A stretch of 64,000 nucleotides of DNA. It comes from Vulcanimicrobiota bacterium. GTDB taxonomy: Bacteria > Vulcanimicrobiota > Vulcanimicrobiia > Vulcanimicrobiales > Vulcanimicrobiaceae. The stretch is taken from the NCBI GenBank assembly GCA_963695225.1, contig OY968762.1, positions 2,464,001 through 2,528,000 of the forward strand, given 5' to 3'. Position 1 is the first letter of the stretch, and each line of letters begins with the position of its first letter. Under the pieces are notes generated by a model that did not search any database, was not told the DNA's origin, and saw only the letters and a list, made by a program, of their open reading frames with translations. Of the stretch, positions 18,473 to 26,985 are shown in pieces. Position numbers and translations under genes: made by a program.

Positions 18473-18898
18473 ATGCGCACCTATCAGCAAAAAACGGCAG
18501 AGACCCGGCACGACTGGTACGTCGTCGACGCGACCGGCCAGCGTCTTGGAACGCTCGCCGTGCGCATCGCCCGGGCCCTTTCCGGGAAGCACAAGCCGAC
18601 CTGGACTCCGCACATCGACGACGGCGACCACGTCGTCGTGCTGAATGCGGAGAAGGTCGAACTCGGCGGAAACAAGTGGAGCCAGAAGGTCTACCACCGC
18701 CACAGCGGCTACCCGGGCGGGCTGCGGACCCAGACGGCCGCCGAGGTCCTCGAGAAGCATCCTGAGCGCCTGATCGAACGCGCCGTTCGCGGCATGCTGC
18801 CGACGAATCGCATGCGCGACGTCCAGTTGGGGCGGCTCAAGGTCTACGCCGGAGCGGAAAATCCCCATAGCGCCCAGCAGCCGGCCGCGCTGAAGTAG
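18473..18898 (+). CDS. rplM: 50S ribosomal protein L13
   Basis: [34 protein letters not shown]. Confidence 0.98.
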   Translation: MRTYQQKTAETRHDWYVVDATGQRLGTLAVRIARALSGKHKPTWTPHIDDGDHVVVLNAEKVELGGNKWSQKVYHRHSGYPGGLRTQTAAEVLEKHPERLIERAVRGMLPTNRMRDVQLGRLKVYAGAENPHSAQQPAALK

Positions 18899-18906
18899 GA
18901 GAGATC

Positions 18907-19296
18907 GTGGCAGAAACGTTCCTCGGCACCGGCCGTCGCAAGCGCTCAGTCGCCCGCGTGAAGCTCACGCTCGGCAACGGCGCGATCACGGTCAACTCCA
19001 AGTCGATCGACGAGTATTTCGGGCGGTCGAGCTTGATGCAAATCGTTCGCCAGCCGCTCGAGGTCACGCAGACCGGCGCCCGCTTCGACGTCAACGTCAA
19101 AGCCGAAGGCGGCGGGATCGCGGGACAGGCGGGTGCCGTGCGGCACGGCATCGCCCGCGCGTTGCTCGAGATGGACGAGACCTTGCGCGAACCGTTGCGT
19201 CGCAATGGGCTGCTCACGCGCGACCCGCGCGAAAAGGAATCGAAGAAGTACGGCCGCAAGCGCGCCCGCAAGCGGTTCCAGTTCTCCAAGCGCTGA
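18907..19296 (+). CDS. rpsI: 30S ribosomal protein S9
   Basis: [34 protein letters not shown]. Confidence 0.98.
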   Translation: MAETFLGTGRRKRSVARVKLTLGNGAITVNSKSIDEYFGRSSLMQIVRQPLEVTQTGARFDVNVKAEGGGIAGQAGAVRHGIARALLEMDETLREPLRRNGLLTRDPREKESKKYGRKRARKRFQFSKR

Positions 19297-19320
19297 TCGC
19301 GGCGCCGCTCGAAACGAAAT

Positions 19321-19350
19321 CCCCGGCTTCGGCCGGGGTTTTTCTTTCTT
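19321..19350 (+). terminator. Rho-independent terminator of rplM-rpsI
   Basis: CCCCGGC-TTCG-GCCGGGG followed by TTTTTCTTTCTT. Confidence 0.9.
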
Positions 19351-21112
19351 ACAGCGTCAGCGCGTGGACGCGGATGAACTCGTTGCGGCCCTTCACGCGC
19401 GCGACGACGCGCTCCGAGGGGAGCGCGCTCGCCGAGAGCTCGTAGGTCGCCTCGTCGCAGTAGATGCCACCGGGCGGAGCGGCGCTCTGCAGCGCCGCCG
19501 CGAGGTTCACCGCGTCGCCGATCACCGTGTAGTCCATCCGCGCTTCGCTCCCGATGTGCCCGGCGACGACGTCCCCGGTCGCGAGCCCGATCGAGATTTG
19601 CAGCGGCTGCTGCAGCCGCGGTCCGAGTTCCGCGACCGCGCGATGGAGCCGCAGCGCCGCCGACACGGCGCGCTGTGCGTCGTCGTCGCGGACGCGCGGC
19701 GGGCCGAAGACCGCGAGCAGGCCGTCGCCGTAGAACTTGTCGAGCAGCCCGTCGCAGGCGAAGATCGCCTTTACGGCTTCGGTGAAGTAGGTGTTGAGGA
19801 TCTCCACGACGCGCTCGGCGGGAAGGCTTGCCGCGAGCGCCGTGAAACCGCGGATGTCCGCGAAGAGCATCGTTGCGCGGACGCGCTCCCCGCCGAGGCG
19901 CAGCCTTCCCGGGTCCCGCATCAGGCTCTGGACGACGTGCGGCGCGAGGTAGCGCGAGAACGAGTCCTCGATCGCGCTGGAACGCGCGACGTGTTCTTCG
20001 TGCCTGACCTGCAGATCGCGCTGTTCCGTCACGTCGAGGATGACGATCGTGACGCCCATCCCGTCGTCGTCGTGCATCGGGGAGAAACGGACTTGCAGCG
20101 TCTGCAACTCGCCGCTCGCCGATTCGCGCTCGACCTCGGCGCGCAGCGTTACGGCGCCGCTTCCGAAGAACGTGTCGAGGAGCTCGGCGAAATCGGGGAT
20201 CAGCGGCTCGAGCGCGCTCGCGCTGCTTCCCAGGATCGCGCTCTCCTCGATCCCGAACGTCGTCTCGGCCGCGCGGTTGAAGGTGCTGATCCTGCCGGCG
20301 GCGTCGAGCGTGATCACGCCGTTGCCGACGGCTTCGAGGATGCGGCGGCGGTACTGCTCGAGTTGCGCGTTCGCGCGCGCGCGCTTCTGCTCTTCGCTGA
20401 ACAGGCGCGCGTTCTCCAGGGCGAGCGCGGATTGGTTCGCGAGCGAGGTCAGCATCTCGTGATCGCTGCGCGTGATGATGTCCGTAAGCAAGCGCGAATC
20501 GACGGAGAGCGCCCCGATCGCGCGGCCCTGGACGCGCAGCGGCACGCAGGAGACCGCGCGCAGCTTGAGCGCGACGACCGTCGGATCGTTCTTCCAGCGG
20601 GCGTGCAACTGCGCGTCGGCGCAATAGACCGGCTCTTCGCCGCGTAGCACGGCCTCGATCATCGAGGCGGGCGGCGGGGCCTCGGAATCGCGGCGTTCGC
20701 CCTCCGGCGTCTGCGAGCGCGCGAACGAGCGTCCGTCGGAGAGCGTGAGCACCGCGTTCTCGGCGCGCGTCATCTCGAGCGGAAGGTCGACGATTTGCCG
20801 CGCGACCTCTTCGAAATCGAGCGAAGCGTTGATGCGCGTCGTGACGCGCGCGAGCAGGCTGCCTTTAAGGACCTCGCGCCCGATCTGCGCTTCCGCGCGC
20901 TGCAGCGAAGTTCGCAGCGACGCATCGACCCGTTCGACGGTTTCGCACCAGCGCCAGACCGCGAGCAAGGCGTCTTTCGCCTCGGCGGTATCCTCGCGCT
21001 CGTTCAATGCCGCGGCAAGGGCCTGTAATTCGCGGCCTGGGACCTTCGCGCCGCCCTCGTCGCGATTCACGAACGGCGAGACGGGCATCCTGCGAACCCG
21101 ATCATGATACAA
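19349..21112 (-). CDS. GAF-PAS class III adenylate/guanylate cyclase (start uncertain)
   Basis: TMLFADIRGFT, LDKFYGDG, DYTVIGDAVNLAA; GAF and PAS segments upstream. Confidence 0.92.
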   Translation of the reverse strand: MYHDRVRRMPVSPFVNRDEGGAKVPGRELQALAAALNEREDTAEAKDALLAVWRWCETVERVDASLRTSLQRAEAQIGREVLKGSLLARVTTRINASLDFEEVARQIVDLPLEMTRAENAVLTLSDGRSFARSQTPEGERRDSEAPPPASMIEAVLRGEEPVYCADAQLHARWKNDPTVVALKLRAVSCVPLRVQGRAIGALSVDSRLLTDIITRSDHEMLTSLANQSALALENARLFSEEQKRARANAQLEQYRRRILEAVGNGVITLDAAGRISTFNRAAETTFGIEESAILGSSASALEPLIPDFAELLDTFFGSGAVTLRAEVERESASGELQTLQVRFSPMHDDDGMGVTIVILDVTEQRDLQVRHEEHVARSSAIEDSFSRYLAPHVVQSLMRDPGRLRLGGERVRATMLFADIRGFTALAASLPAERVVEILNTYFTEAVKAIFACDGLLDKFYGDGLLAVFGPPRVRDDDAQRAVSAALRLHRAVAELGPRLQQPLQISIGLATGDVVAGHIGSEARMDYTVIGDAVNLAAALQSAAPPGGIYCDEATYELSASALPSERVVARVKGRNEFIRVHALTL

Positions 21113-21202
21113 CCCTACTCTTCGGCACGAATCGCCGGGACGTTCACGCGCCGGACACGGAATCGTTCGCCCGCGTTCACGGCGGCCCGCTACGATGCTG
21201 CC

Positions 21203-21412
21203 ATGAATCCGATTTCATTCGATCTCGAGCGGGGACTTGCCGCTTCCCGCCGCGCGCTCTGCGATGCGGCGCGCGCCGTCGCGACGGCGCAAGCGAAGGG
21301 TACGCCGGCGTCCGGCGCGCAGGCAGCCGCCGCTCGCGCCGCGATCTTCTCGGACGCCGTCCTGTCCGCCGTGCGCGCGCACCTCGAAGAACTGAAGGTC
21401 GTGGCGAAGTGA
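21203..21412 (+). CDS. Small helical protein in the flgB position, possibly a minimal axial subunit
   Basis: First gene of the operon, overlaps flgC (GTGA); TACGAT -10 lies 6 nt before ATG; no clear FlgB motif. Confidence 0.45.
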   Translation: MNPISFDLERGLAASRRALCDAARAVATAQAKGTPASGAQAAAARAAIFSDAVLSAVRAHLEELKVVAK

Positions 21413-21774
21413 ACGAGTTCTCGATCCTCTCGATTTCCGCCGCCGGGATGGAGGTGCAGCGCGGCGCTCTCGACATCGCAGCCCGGAACGTCGCCGCCGC
21501 CCAGGTCGCCGGCCCCGACGGATCGTTCGAACGGCTCGTGCCGCGTTTCGCGGTCGCACCACTCGACGACGATCCGCCGGACGGCCTCCCCGACGGCGAC
21601 GAGTTCCCGGCCGTGCGCCTGGCCGGCGCGGAGCCGATGCGCGGGAGCGAAGCCGACGCCGTCACGGAGATGGTCGCCGTCCTTGCCGCGCAGCGCGCAT
21701 ACGAGGCGAACGCGAGCGTTTTCGAGGCGGGGAAGCGCCTCGCCGAACGGACGATCGACGTGGGGCGGCTGTGA
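21409..21774 (+). CDS. flgC: Basal-body rod protein FlgC-like
   Basis: ISAAGMEVQR..LDIAARNVA; C-terminal EMVAVLAAQRAYEANASVF. Confidence 0.85.
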   Translation: MNEFSILSISAAGMEVQRGALDIAARNVAAAQVAGPDGSFERLVPRFAVAPLDDDPPDGLPDGDEFPAVRLAGAEPMRGSEADAVTEMVAVLAAQRAYEANASVFEAGKRLAERTIDVGRL

Positions 21775-22055
21775 GGGTCGTCCCGCTGCAGTCCGACGTT
21801 CCGCTCGCTCCCGGAGCGGAGCCTCCCGCCGCGCCCGCGGCGGCGTTCGCCGGCGTCCTCGCTTCGGCGTTGGACGCCGCCGGCGAGGCACTCGGCCGAG
21901 CCGAGCGGGCCGAAGGCTCGTTCCTGCACGGTCGCGGCGGCATCGCCGAAATGGTCGTCGAGCGAGCCCGGGCCGACGTCATGCTCTCGCTCGCGGCGGC
22001 GGCGAGTTCCCGCGCGTCGCAGGCTCTCGCGACGGTCCTCGGGATGCAGGTCTGA
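21771..22055 (+). CDS. fliE: Hook-basal body protein FliE-like
   Basis: F..VL..AL, EMVVERARADVML, C-terminal LGMQV; lies between flgC and fliF. Confidence 0.8.
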   Translation: MRVVPLQSDVPLAPGAEPPAAPAAAFAGVLASALDAAGEALGRAERAEGSFLHGRGGIAEMVVERARADVMLSLAAAASSRASQALATVLGMQV

Positions 22056-22058
22056 TCC

Positions 22059-23516
22059 GTGCGCGCGCTCTTCGCGCGGGTCGCCGCGCTCTCGCCGCGG
22101 GAGCGCCTCCTCGGCGGCGCGCTCGCCGCTGCGGCGGTGGCCGCGCTCGCTCTCGGGCTCGTACTCGGCCGTGACGTCCGCGAACCGCTCTTCGCGGCGC
22201 CGCTCGACGCGGCGCAACTCGCGGAAGTCGAGGAGCGCCTCGCGGGCTGGGGCGTTCCGTTCGTGGCGGGGAGCGACGGCGTCCGCGTCGATCCGCGCGG
22301 CCGCAACGATCTGCTCCTGCGCCTCTCGCTGGCGGGCGTCCCTCACGCCCACGTCACGACGACCAGCGAGGCGCTCGCGAAAGCGGGACCGCTGACCCCG
22401 CAATCCGTGCTCGACGCGCAGGCGCTCGACGGCCTGGCCGGGGATCTCGCGCTCGGCTTGCGGGGGATCGCCGGCATCGACGACGTCCGCGTGATCCTCG
22501 CGCCCGGGCGGCGCGCCGCGTTCGCCGACGAGCGCCCGGACGATCCGAGCGGGAGCGTCCGCCTTCGGATCCGCTCGGGGACGACGCTTTCCCCCCAGAC
22601 CGTGGAGGGCATCCGCGCGTTCGTCGCCGCGGGCGTCCCGGGCTTGCACGCGAACCGGGTCACGATCCTCGACGATCGCGGAACCGCGCTCGGCGACGCG
22701 GGCGGCGCCGTCGCGGAGGATGCAGCCGCACTTCAAGCCTCGCTCCAGTCGGCGCTCGATGCCGCGTTCGGGAGCGGCGCGACCGTCGTCCGCGTCCACG
22801 TGGCGACCGAACCCGGGGCGCGCGAAGTCCGCGATCTGCGGCGGACCGCGCTCGGCGGCGAATCGATCGCCGCCGCGTCGCTCGAAGAACGCTACGCCGG
22901 CGACCGCAAACGCTACGTCAAGCGCCAGGCGAACGAGGACCGCGGGAGCGACCTGCGCGACGAGCGGACGCAACTTCCGGCAGGCAGGATCGAACGGATC
23001 ACCGTCGCCGTCCTGCTCGACGCGAACCGCCGTCTGGATGCGGCGAAAGTACGCTCGCTCGCGGCGGCGACGCTCGGGCTCGAAGCGGCGCGCGGCGACG
23101 AAGTGCGCGTGGAGGAACTGCCGTTCGCGGCTGCGCCGCACGCGGGCGGACGGGGAGCAGCGTGGTTCGGCCTGATCGCCGCCGTCGTTCCCAGCCTCGC
23201 CTTCGCCGCGGCGGGGTTGCTCGCGCTCCGCTGGGGCTACAAGCCGCTCCTCGCGAGCCTCGAGACGATCGTCGCGAAGGTGACGTTGCGGCGGAGGACC
23301 CGCCAAGTCGCGGGTTTCCCGCCGGCGGCCGTCCGCGGGGCGTTGCGGGGGGAGCCGCCGCACACTGCGGCAGCGATCATCAGCGCGCTCCCGACCGCGA
23401 CCGCCACGGCGGTCCTCGAACTGTATCCGCCGGAGGAGCGCAGCGCGATCGTCCGGCGCATGTCGCGTGCGGCCGCCCCCGCCGTCCCCGATTGCGAGAC
23501 GCTCTTACGTGGCTGA
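22059..23516 (+). CDS. fliF: MS-ring protein FliF with a C-terminal FliG middle-domain-like fusion
   Basis: N-terminal TM, LAGDLALGLRGIAGIDDVRV, SGSVRL, RITVAVLLD, second TM, then GEPPHTAAAIISALP...ERSAIVRRM. Confidence 0.8.
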   Translation: MRALFARVAALSPRERLLGGALAAAAVAALALGLVLGRDVREPLFAAPLDAAQLAEVEERLAGWGVPFVAGSDGVRVDPRGRNDLLLRLSLAGVPHAHVTTTSEALAKAGPLTPQSVLDAQALDGLAGDLALGLRGIAGIDDVRVILAPGRRAAFADERPDDPSGSVRLRIRSGTTLSPQTVEGIRAFVAAGVPGLHANRVTILDDRGTALGDAGGAVAEDAAALQASLQSALDAAFGSGATVVRVHVATEPGAREVRDLRRTALGGESIAAASLEERYAGDRKRYVKRQANEDRGSDLRDERTQLPAGRIERITVAVLLDANRRLDAAKVRSLAAATLGLEAARGDEVRVEELPFAAAPHAGGRGAAWFGLIAAVVPSLAFAAAGLLALRWGYKPLLASLETIVAKVTLRRRTRQVAGFPPAAVRGALRGEPPHTAAAIISALPTATATAVLELYPPEERSAIVRRMSRAAAPAVPDCETLLRG

Positions 23517-23988
23517 TTTCGTCCCGCTCGCGGAGTGGCTGCGCGATGGACGCGAGCCCCGCGGATCGGCCCCGGCCGCATCCGAGGAGGAACGCGAGCC
23601 GCCTGCGCAGGCGCCGCCGGCGGCGGAGCCGTTTGCCGATTTCTCCGGAGAGCTCGGCTTGCTCCGCGTTGCCGCTTGCGAAGGGTTCGAAGGCGCGGCC
23701 CGCCGTTTGCTCGAGCGGCTCGCGCGCGACGTGCTCGGCCGGGAGCTCGCGCTCGCGCCGTGTGACCTCGCAGCGCTCGTCGACGCGGCGCGCGCGGAGT
23801 TGGAAGCGAGCGAGCCGGTTTGCTTCGTCGTCCCGCCCGGCGCCGAGGCACACCTCCCGCCCGGCCTGGCATACCGGACCGATCCCCGGCTCGCTCCGGG
23901 CGACTTGTTCGTGGAAGTCCGCGACGGCGCGTTCGATGCGCGCCTCCACGTGCGCGCGAATCGCGCGCTCGAAGGGCTCGGCGAGTGA
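23509..23988 (+). CDS. fliH: FliH/SctL-like export ATPase stator (short, divergent)
   Basis: LARDVLGREL; C-terminal DPRLAPGDLFVEVRDGAFDARL; precedes fliI. Confidence 0.68.
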   Translation: MADFVPLAEWLRDGREPRGSAPAASEEEREPPAQAPPAAEPFADFSGELGLLRVAACEGFEGAARRLLERLARDVLGRELALAPCDLAALVDAARAELEASEPVCFVVPPGAEAHLPPGLAYRTDPRLAPGDLFVEVRDGAFDARLHVRANRALEGLGE

Positions 23989-25244
23989 TCGGGGCGGCGC
24001 TCGGGCGCGTTGCCCGCACGCATGGGGAGCTCCTGGCCGTCACGCTCCCTGGCGCGCGCGTCGGCGACGGCGTCCGGATCCACGGCGGGCGCGAGCCGCT
24101 GACCGGGCACGTCGTAGCGGTCGACGGCACGGGGGCCGTCGTCGCGCCGTTCGGCGCGGTGCGGGGGATCGCCGTCGGGGACAGGGTCGAGCTGGACGCG
24201 CGGGCGCTAGCGGTCCCGCTCGGTTGCCCCGTCCTCGGCCGCGCGCTCGATGCGTTCGGCCGCTCGCTCGACGGCGGGCCTGCGCCGGAAGGGCCTCCTC
24301 GAACGGCCCTTCGAAGGGCGCCGGCGCCGCACGAACGGCTCCCGGGCGGTGCGCCGCTATGGACGGGAATCGCCGCGATCGACGGGCTGTTCGCCTTCGC
24401 GCGGGGTTCCCGCATCGGCATCTTCGGGCCCCCGGGCTCCGGAAAGACGACGCTACTCGAGGGGATCGTCGCCTCCGCCCGGGCGGACGCGGTCGTTCTC
24501 GGACTCGTCGGCGAGCGCGGGCGGGAGGCCCAGGCGTGGTGCGCTCGCCGGAACCCGCGGGCGACGATCGTGTGCGCCACCAGCGACCGCAGTTCGGTCG
24601 AACGGGCGCGCGCCGCCGAAGTCGCGCTGGCGCAGGCCGCTCACCTTGCCGCGCGCGGGGCGCACGTCGTCCTGATCCTCGACAGTTTGGCGCGTTACGC
24701 CGCCGCCGTGCGCGAACAACGCATCGCGAACGGAGAGCCGGCCGGGAAGGGCGGTTATCCGCCCGGCGTCTTCGCGGAGGTCGCCCGTTATCTCGAGACT
24801 GCGGGCGAACTGCGGACCGGTTCGATCACGCTCGTCGCCTCCGTGCTCTCGGAGGCGGGCGACGAGCACGACCCGCTCTCCGAAGCGGCGCGCTCCTACT
24901 TGGATGGCCATCTCGTCCTCTCGCCCGCGCTCGCGCGAGCAGGCCGTTTTCCGGCGCTTGACGTCCTCGCGAGCGGGAGCCGGACGTTTGGGCTCGTCGC
25001 CGCGCCGGAACAACGAGCCGATGCGTCGGCTGTTCGCTCGGCTCTGGCGCTGCTCGCCGAAACGCACGATCTGCGTACGCTCGGTCTCGCCGATACGAGC
25101 GAAGCACGCCTGCGCGCCGCACTCGAAGCCGAGCCTGCGCTCTCCGCCTTCGTCCACGACGCCGTGCCGAGCGCGCCGCAGCGGAGCCTCGCGCGCCTCG
25201 CCGCCGTCGCCCGTCCGCTGCGTGGGGCTGGTTTCGGAACGTAG
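23985..25244 (+). CDS. fliI: Type III export ATPase FliI/SctN family
   Basis: Walker A GPPGSGKT, GERGRE, LILDSLARYA, GYPP, GSIT, LDGHLVLS; GTG start overlaps fliH stop. Confidence 0.9.
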   Translation: MIGAALGRVARTHGELLAVTLPGARVGDGVRIHGGREPLTGHVVAVDGTGAVVAPFGAVRGIAVGDRVELDARALAVPLGCPVLGRALDAFGRSLDGGPAPEGPPRTALRRAPAPHERLPGGAPLWTGIAAIDGLFAFARGSRIGIFGPPGSGKTTLLEGIVASARADAVVLGLVGERGREAQAWCARRNPRATIVCATSDRSSVERARAAEVALAQAAHLAARGAHVVLILDSLARYAAAVREQRIANGEPAGKGGYPPGVFAEVARYLETAGELRTGSITLVASVLSEAGDEHDPLSEAARSYLDGHLVLSPALARAGRFPALDVLASGSRTFGLVAAPEQRADASAVRSALALLAETHDLRTLGLADTSEARLRAALEAEPALSAFVHDAVPSAPQRSLARLAAVARPLRGAGFGT

Positions 25245-25282
25245 CGGCAGTATGGAGCGGACGCGCGCAGAAGCGCCCCTTC

Positions 25283-26857
25283 GTGAACGCAATCGGGCCC
25301 GTACGGCCGGCGGCACTCGCACTGGCGCTCATGTGCGCGTGCCCTTCCGTCGCGTCCGCCGCCCAGCAAGGCGCGGTGACGCTCGCCGGCGTGCTGGCGC
25401 AATACGCGAATGCGATCGACGATCCGGGCGCGGGCCGGCCGGCGCGCTTCGAAGCGAGCGGAACGTTCCGCGGAGGAGGCCTCGACGGATCGTTCCATAC
25501 GTGGCGCGACGGCGACCGGGAGCGCGAGGATCAGGAACTCGGACCGCGCCGCGAACGCGTGCTGAGGATCGGAGCGCGGGCCTGGGTGCAAGATTCCGAC
25601 GGGAACGTGCGCGAGTTGCGCGGTTCGCTGTTGCGGCGCGCGCGCACGCAGGAGTTCATCGATTCCGGCGCGTTCGTGCACGCCCCCGAACGCTGTGCGC
25701 TGCGCGGCCCGGTGCGCGTCGGCGATCGGAACGCGTGGGCGGTCGAGGTGAGCGCGCCCGGCGGCGAGAGCGAAACGCTCTCGCTCGATGCCGAAACGGG
25801 CCTGCCGCTGCGGATCGCGTACGACGATTACGACGGAAGCGAAACGCTCGATCTCTCCGATTGGCGCTCGGTGGGCGGCCACCGCTTTCCGTTCCGGACC
25901 GTCGCCTCCGACGGCGAGCACGCCTTCGATACGGTCGCCGAGGTCGAAGAGATCGTGCTCGACGAGCCGATCGATGCCGCCGCCTTCAATCCGTTCCCGC
26001 GCCGTGCGATCGAGGCGGCCGGAATGCAGACGGTGGCTCTGACCGAACGCGACGGCCATCTGTACGCACCCGTGCGGATCGGCGGCGCGACGTACGCCTT
26101 TCTCGTCGACTCGGGAGCGCAGAACATCGTGCTCGACAGCCGCCTCGCGCGGGCGCTCTCGCTGAACGAGGAAGGTGACTTCGAGGCGAGCGGAACGGCG
26201 AGGACGGGCGGCCTGCACGTCGCGCGCTTAGCGGAGCTTTCGATCGGGGAGGCGAGGCTGCGCGACCTCGTCGTCTCGACGCTCGACCTCTCCGGTTCGA
26301 CCGGCGGCGCGTTCCGGATCGACGGAATCCTAGGCTATCCGTTTTTTGCGGCGTCGCTCGTGCGCCTCGACGCCGCGCGGCGCACGATGAGCTTTTCCGC
26401 CCCCGGGTCCGTCGTCCCGAGCGGGACGAGGATCGCGCTCGAACTCGACCGCAGCTTGCCCGAAGCGCGGTTGCGCGTGAACGGCCGCATCGACGGGATG
26501 TTCGTGATCGATACCGGGAACGCGGCCGACGTGCTGCTCTATCGTCCGTTCGTCGACGCGCACCCCGGACTCGTTCCGGTCACGTCGAGCGGCCGCCGGA
26601 GTTGGGGGATCGGCGGAGCGACGTCCGGCTACGCGACGCTGCTGGATAGGCTGGATCTCAACGGGATCGCGCTGCCGAGCGTGCACGCGGAGGTCATGCT
26701 CGCGACGCGTGGGGCGTTCGCGGACCGCCTCGATGCGGGGAACGTCGGGCTCGACGTGCTGCGCCAGTTCGTCGTGACGTTCGATTACGCGTCCTCGGCC
26801 GTCTACTTCGAGCGCCGGGACGCCCTCGACGGCCGCGCGCTGACGCCTGCGCGATAG
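25283..26857 (+). CDS. Exported aspartyl protease with two retropepsin-like domains
   Basis: Signal peptide; FLVDSGA and FVIDTGN catalytic motifs with DGILG and GNVG partner motifs. Confidence 0.85.
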   Translation: MNAIGPVRPAALALALMCACPSVASAAQQGAVTLAGVLAQYANAIDDPGAGRPARFEASGTFRGGGLDGSFHTWRDGDREREDQELGPRRERVLRIGARAWVQDSDGNVRELRGSLLRRARTQEFIDSGAFVHAPERCALRGPVRVGDRNAWAVEVSAPGGESETLSLDAETGLPLRIAYDDYDGSETLDLSDWRSVGGHRFPFRTVASDGEHAFDTVAEVEEIVLDEPIDAAAFNPFPRRAIEAAGMQTVALTERDGHLYAPVRIGGATYAFLVDSGAQNIVLDSRLARALSLNEEGDFEASGTARTGGLHVARLAELSIGEARLRDLVVSTLDLSGSTGGAFRIDGILGYPFFAASLVRLDAARRTMSFSAPGSVVPSGTRIALELDRSLPEARLRVNGRIDGMFVIDTGNAADVLLYRPFVDAHPGLVPVTSSGRRSWGIGGATSGYATLLDRLDLNGIALPSVHAEVMLATRGAFADRLDAGNVGLDVLRQFVVTFDYASSAVYFERRDALDGRALTPAR

Positions 26858-26985
26858 CTCCCAGGAACGGGCCGTTCGGCAGGGGCGGCCTAGGCCGACC
26901 GGCGCTCATCCGCGACCCTCCTTGCACTTCGACGCGGGAGATGGAAAGGAGAGTATATACCTCGGCTGCCTCTGAAAGCACGGGA

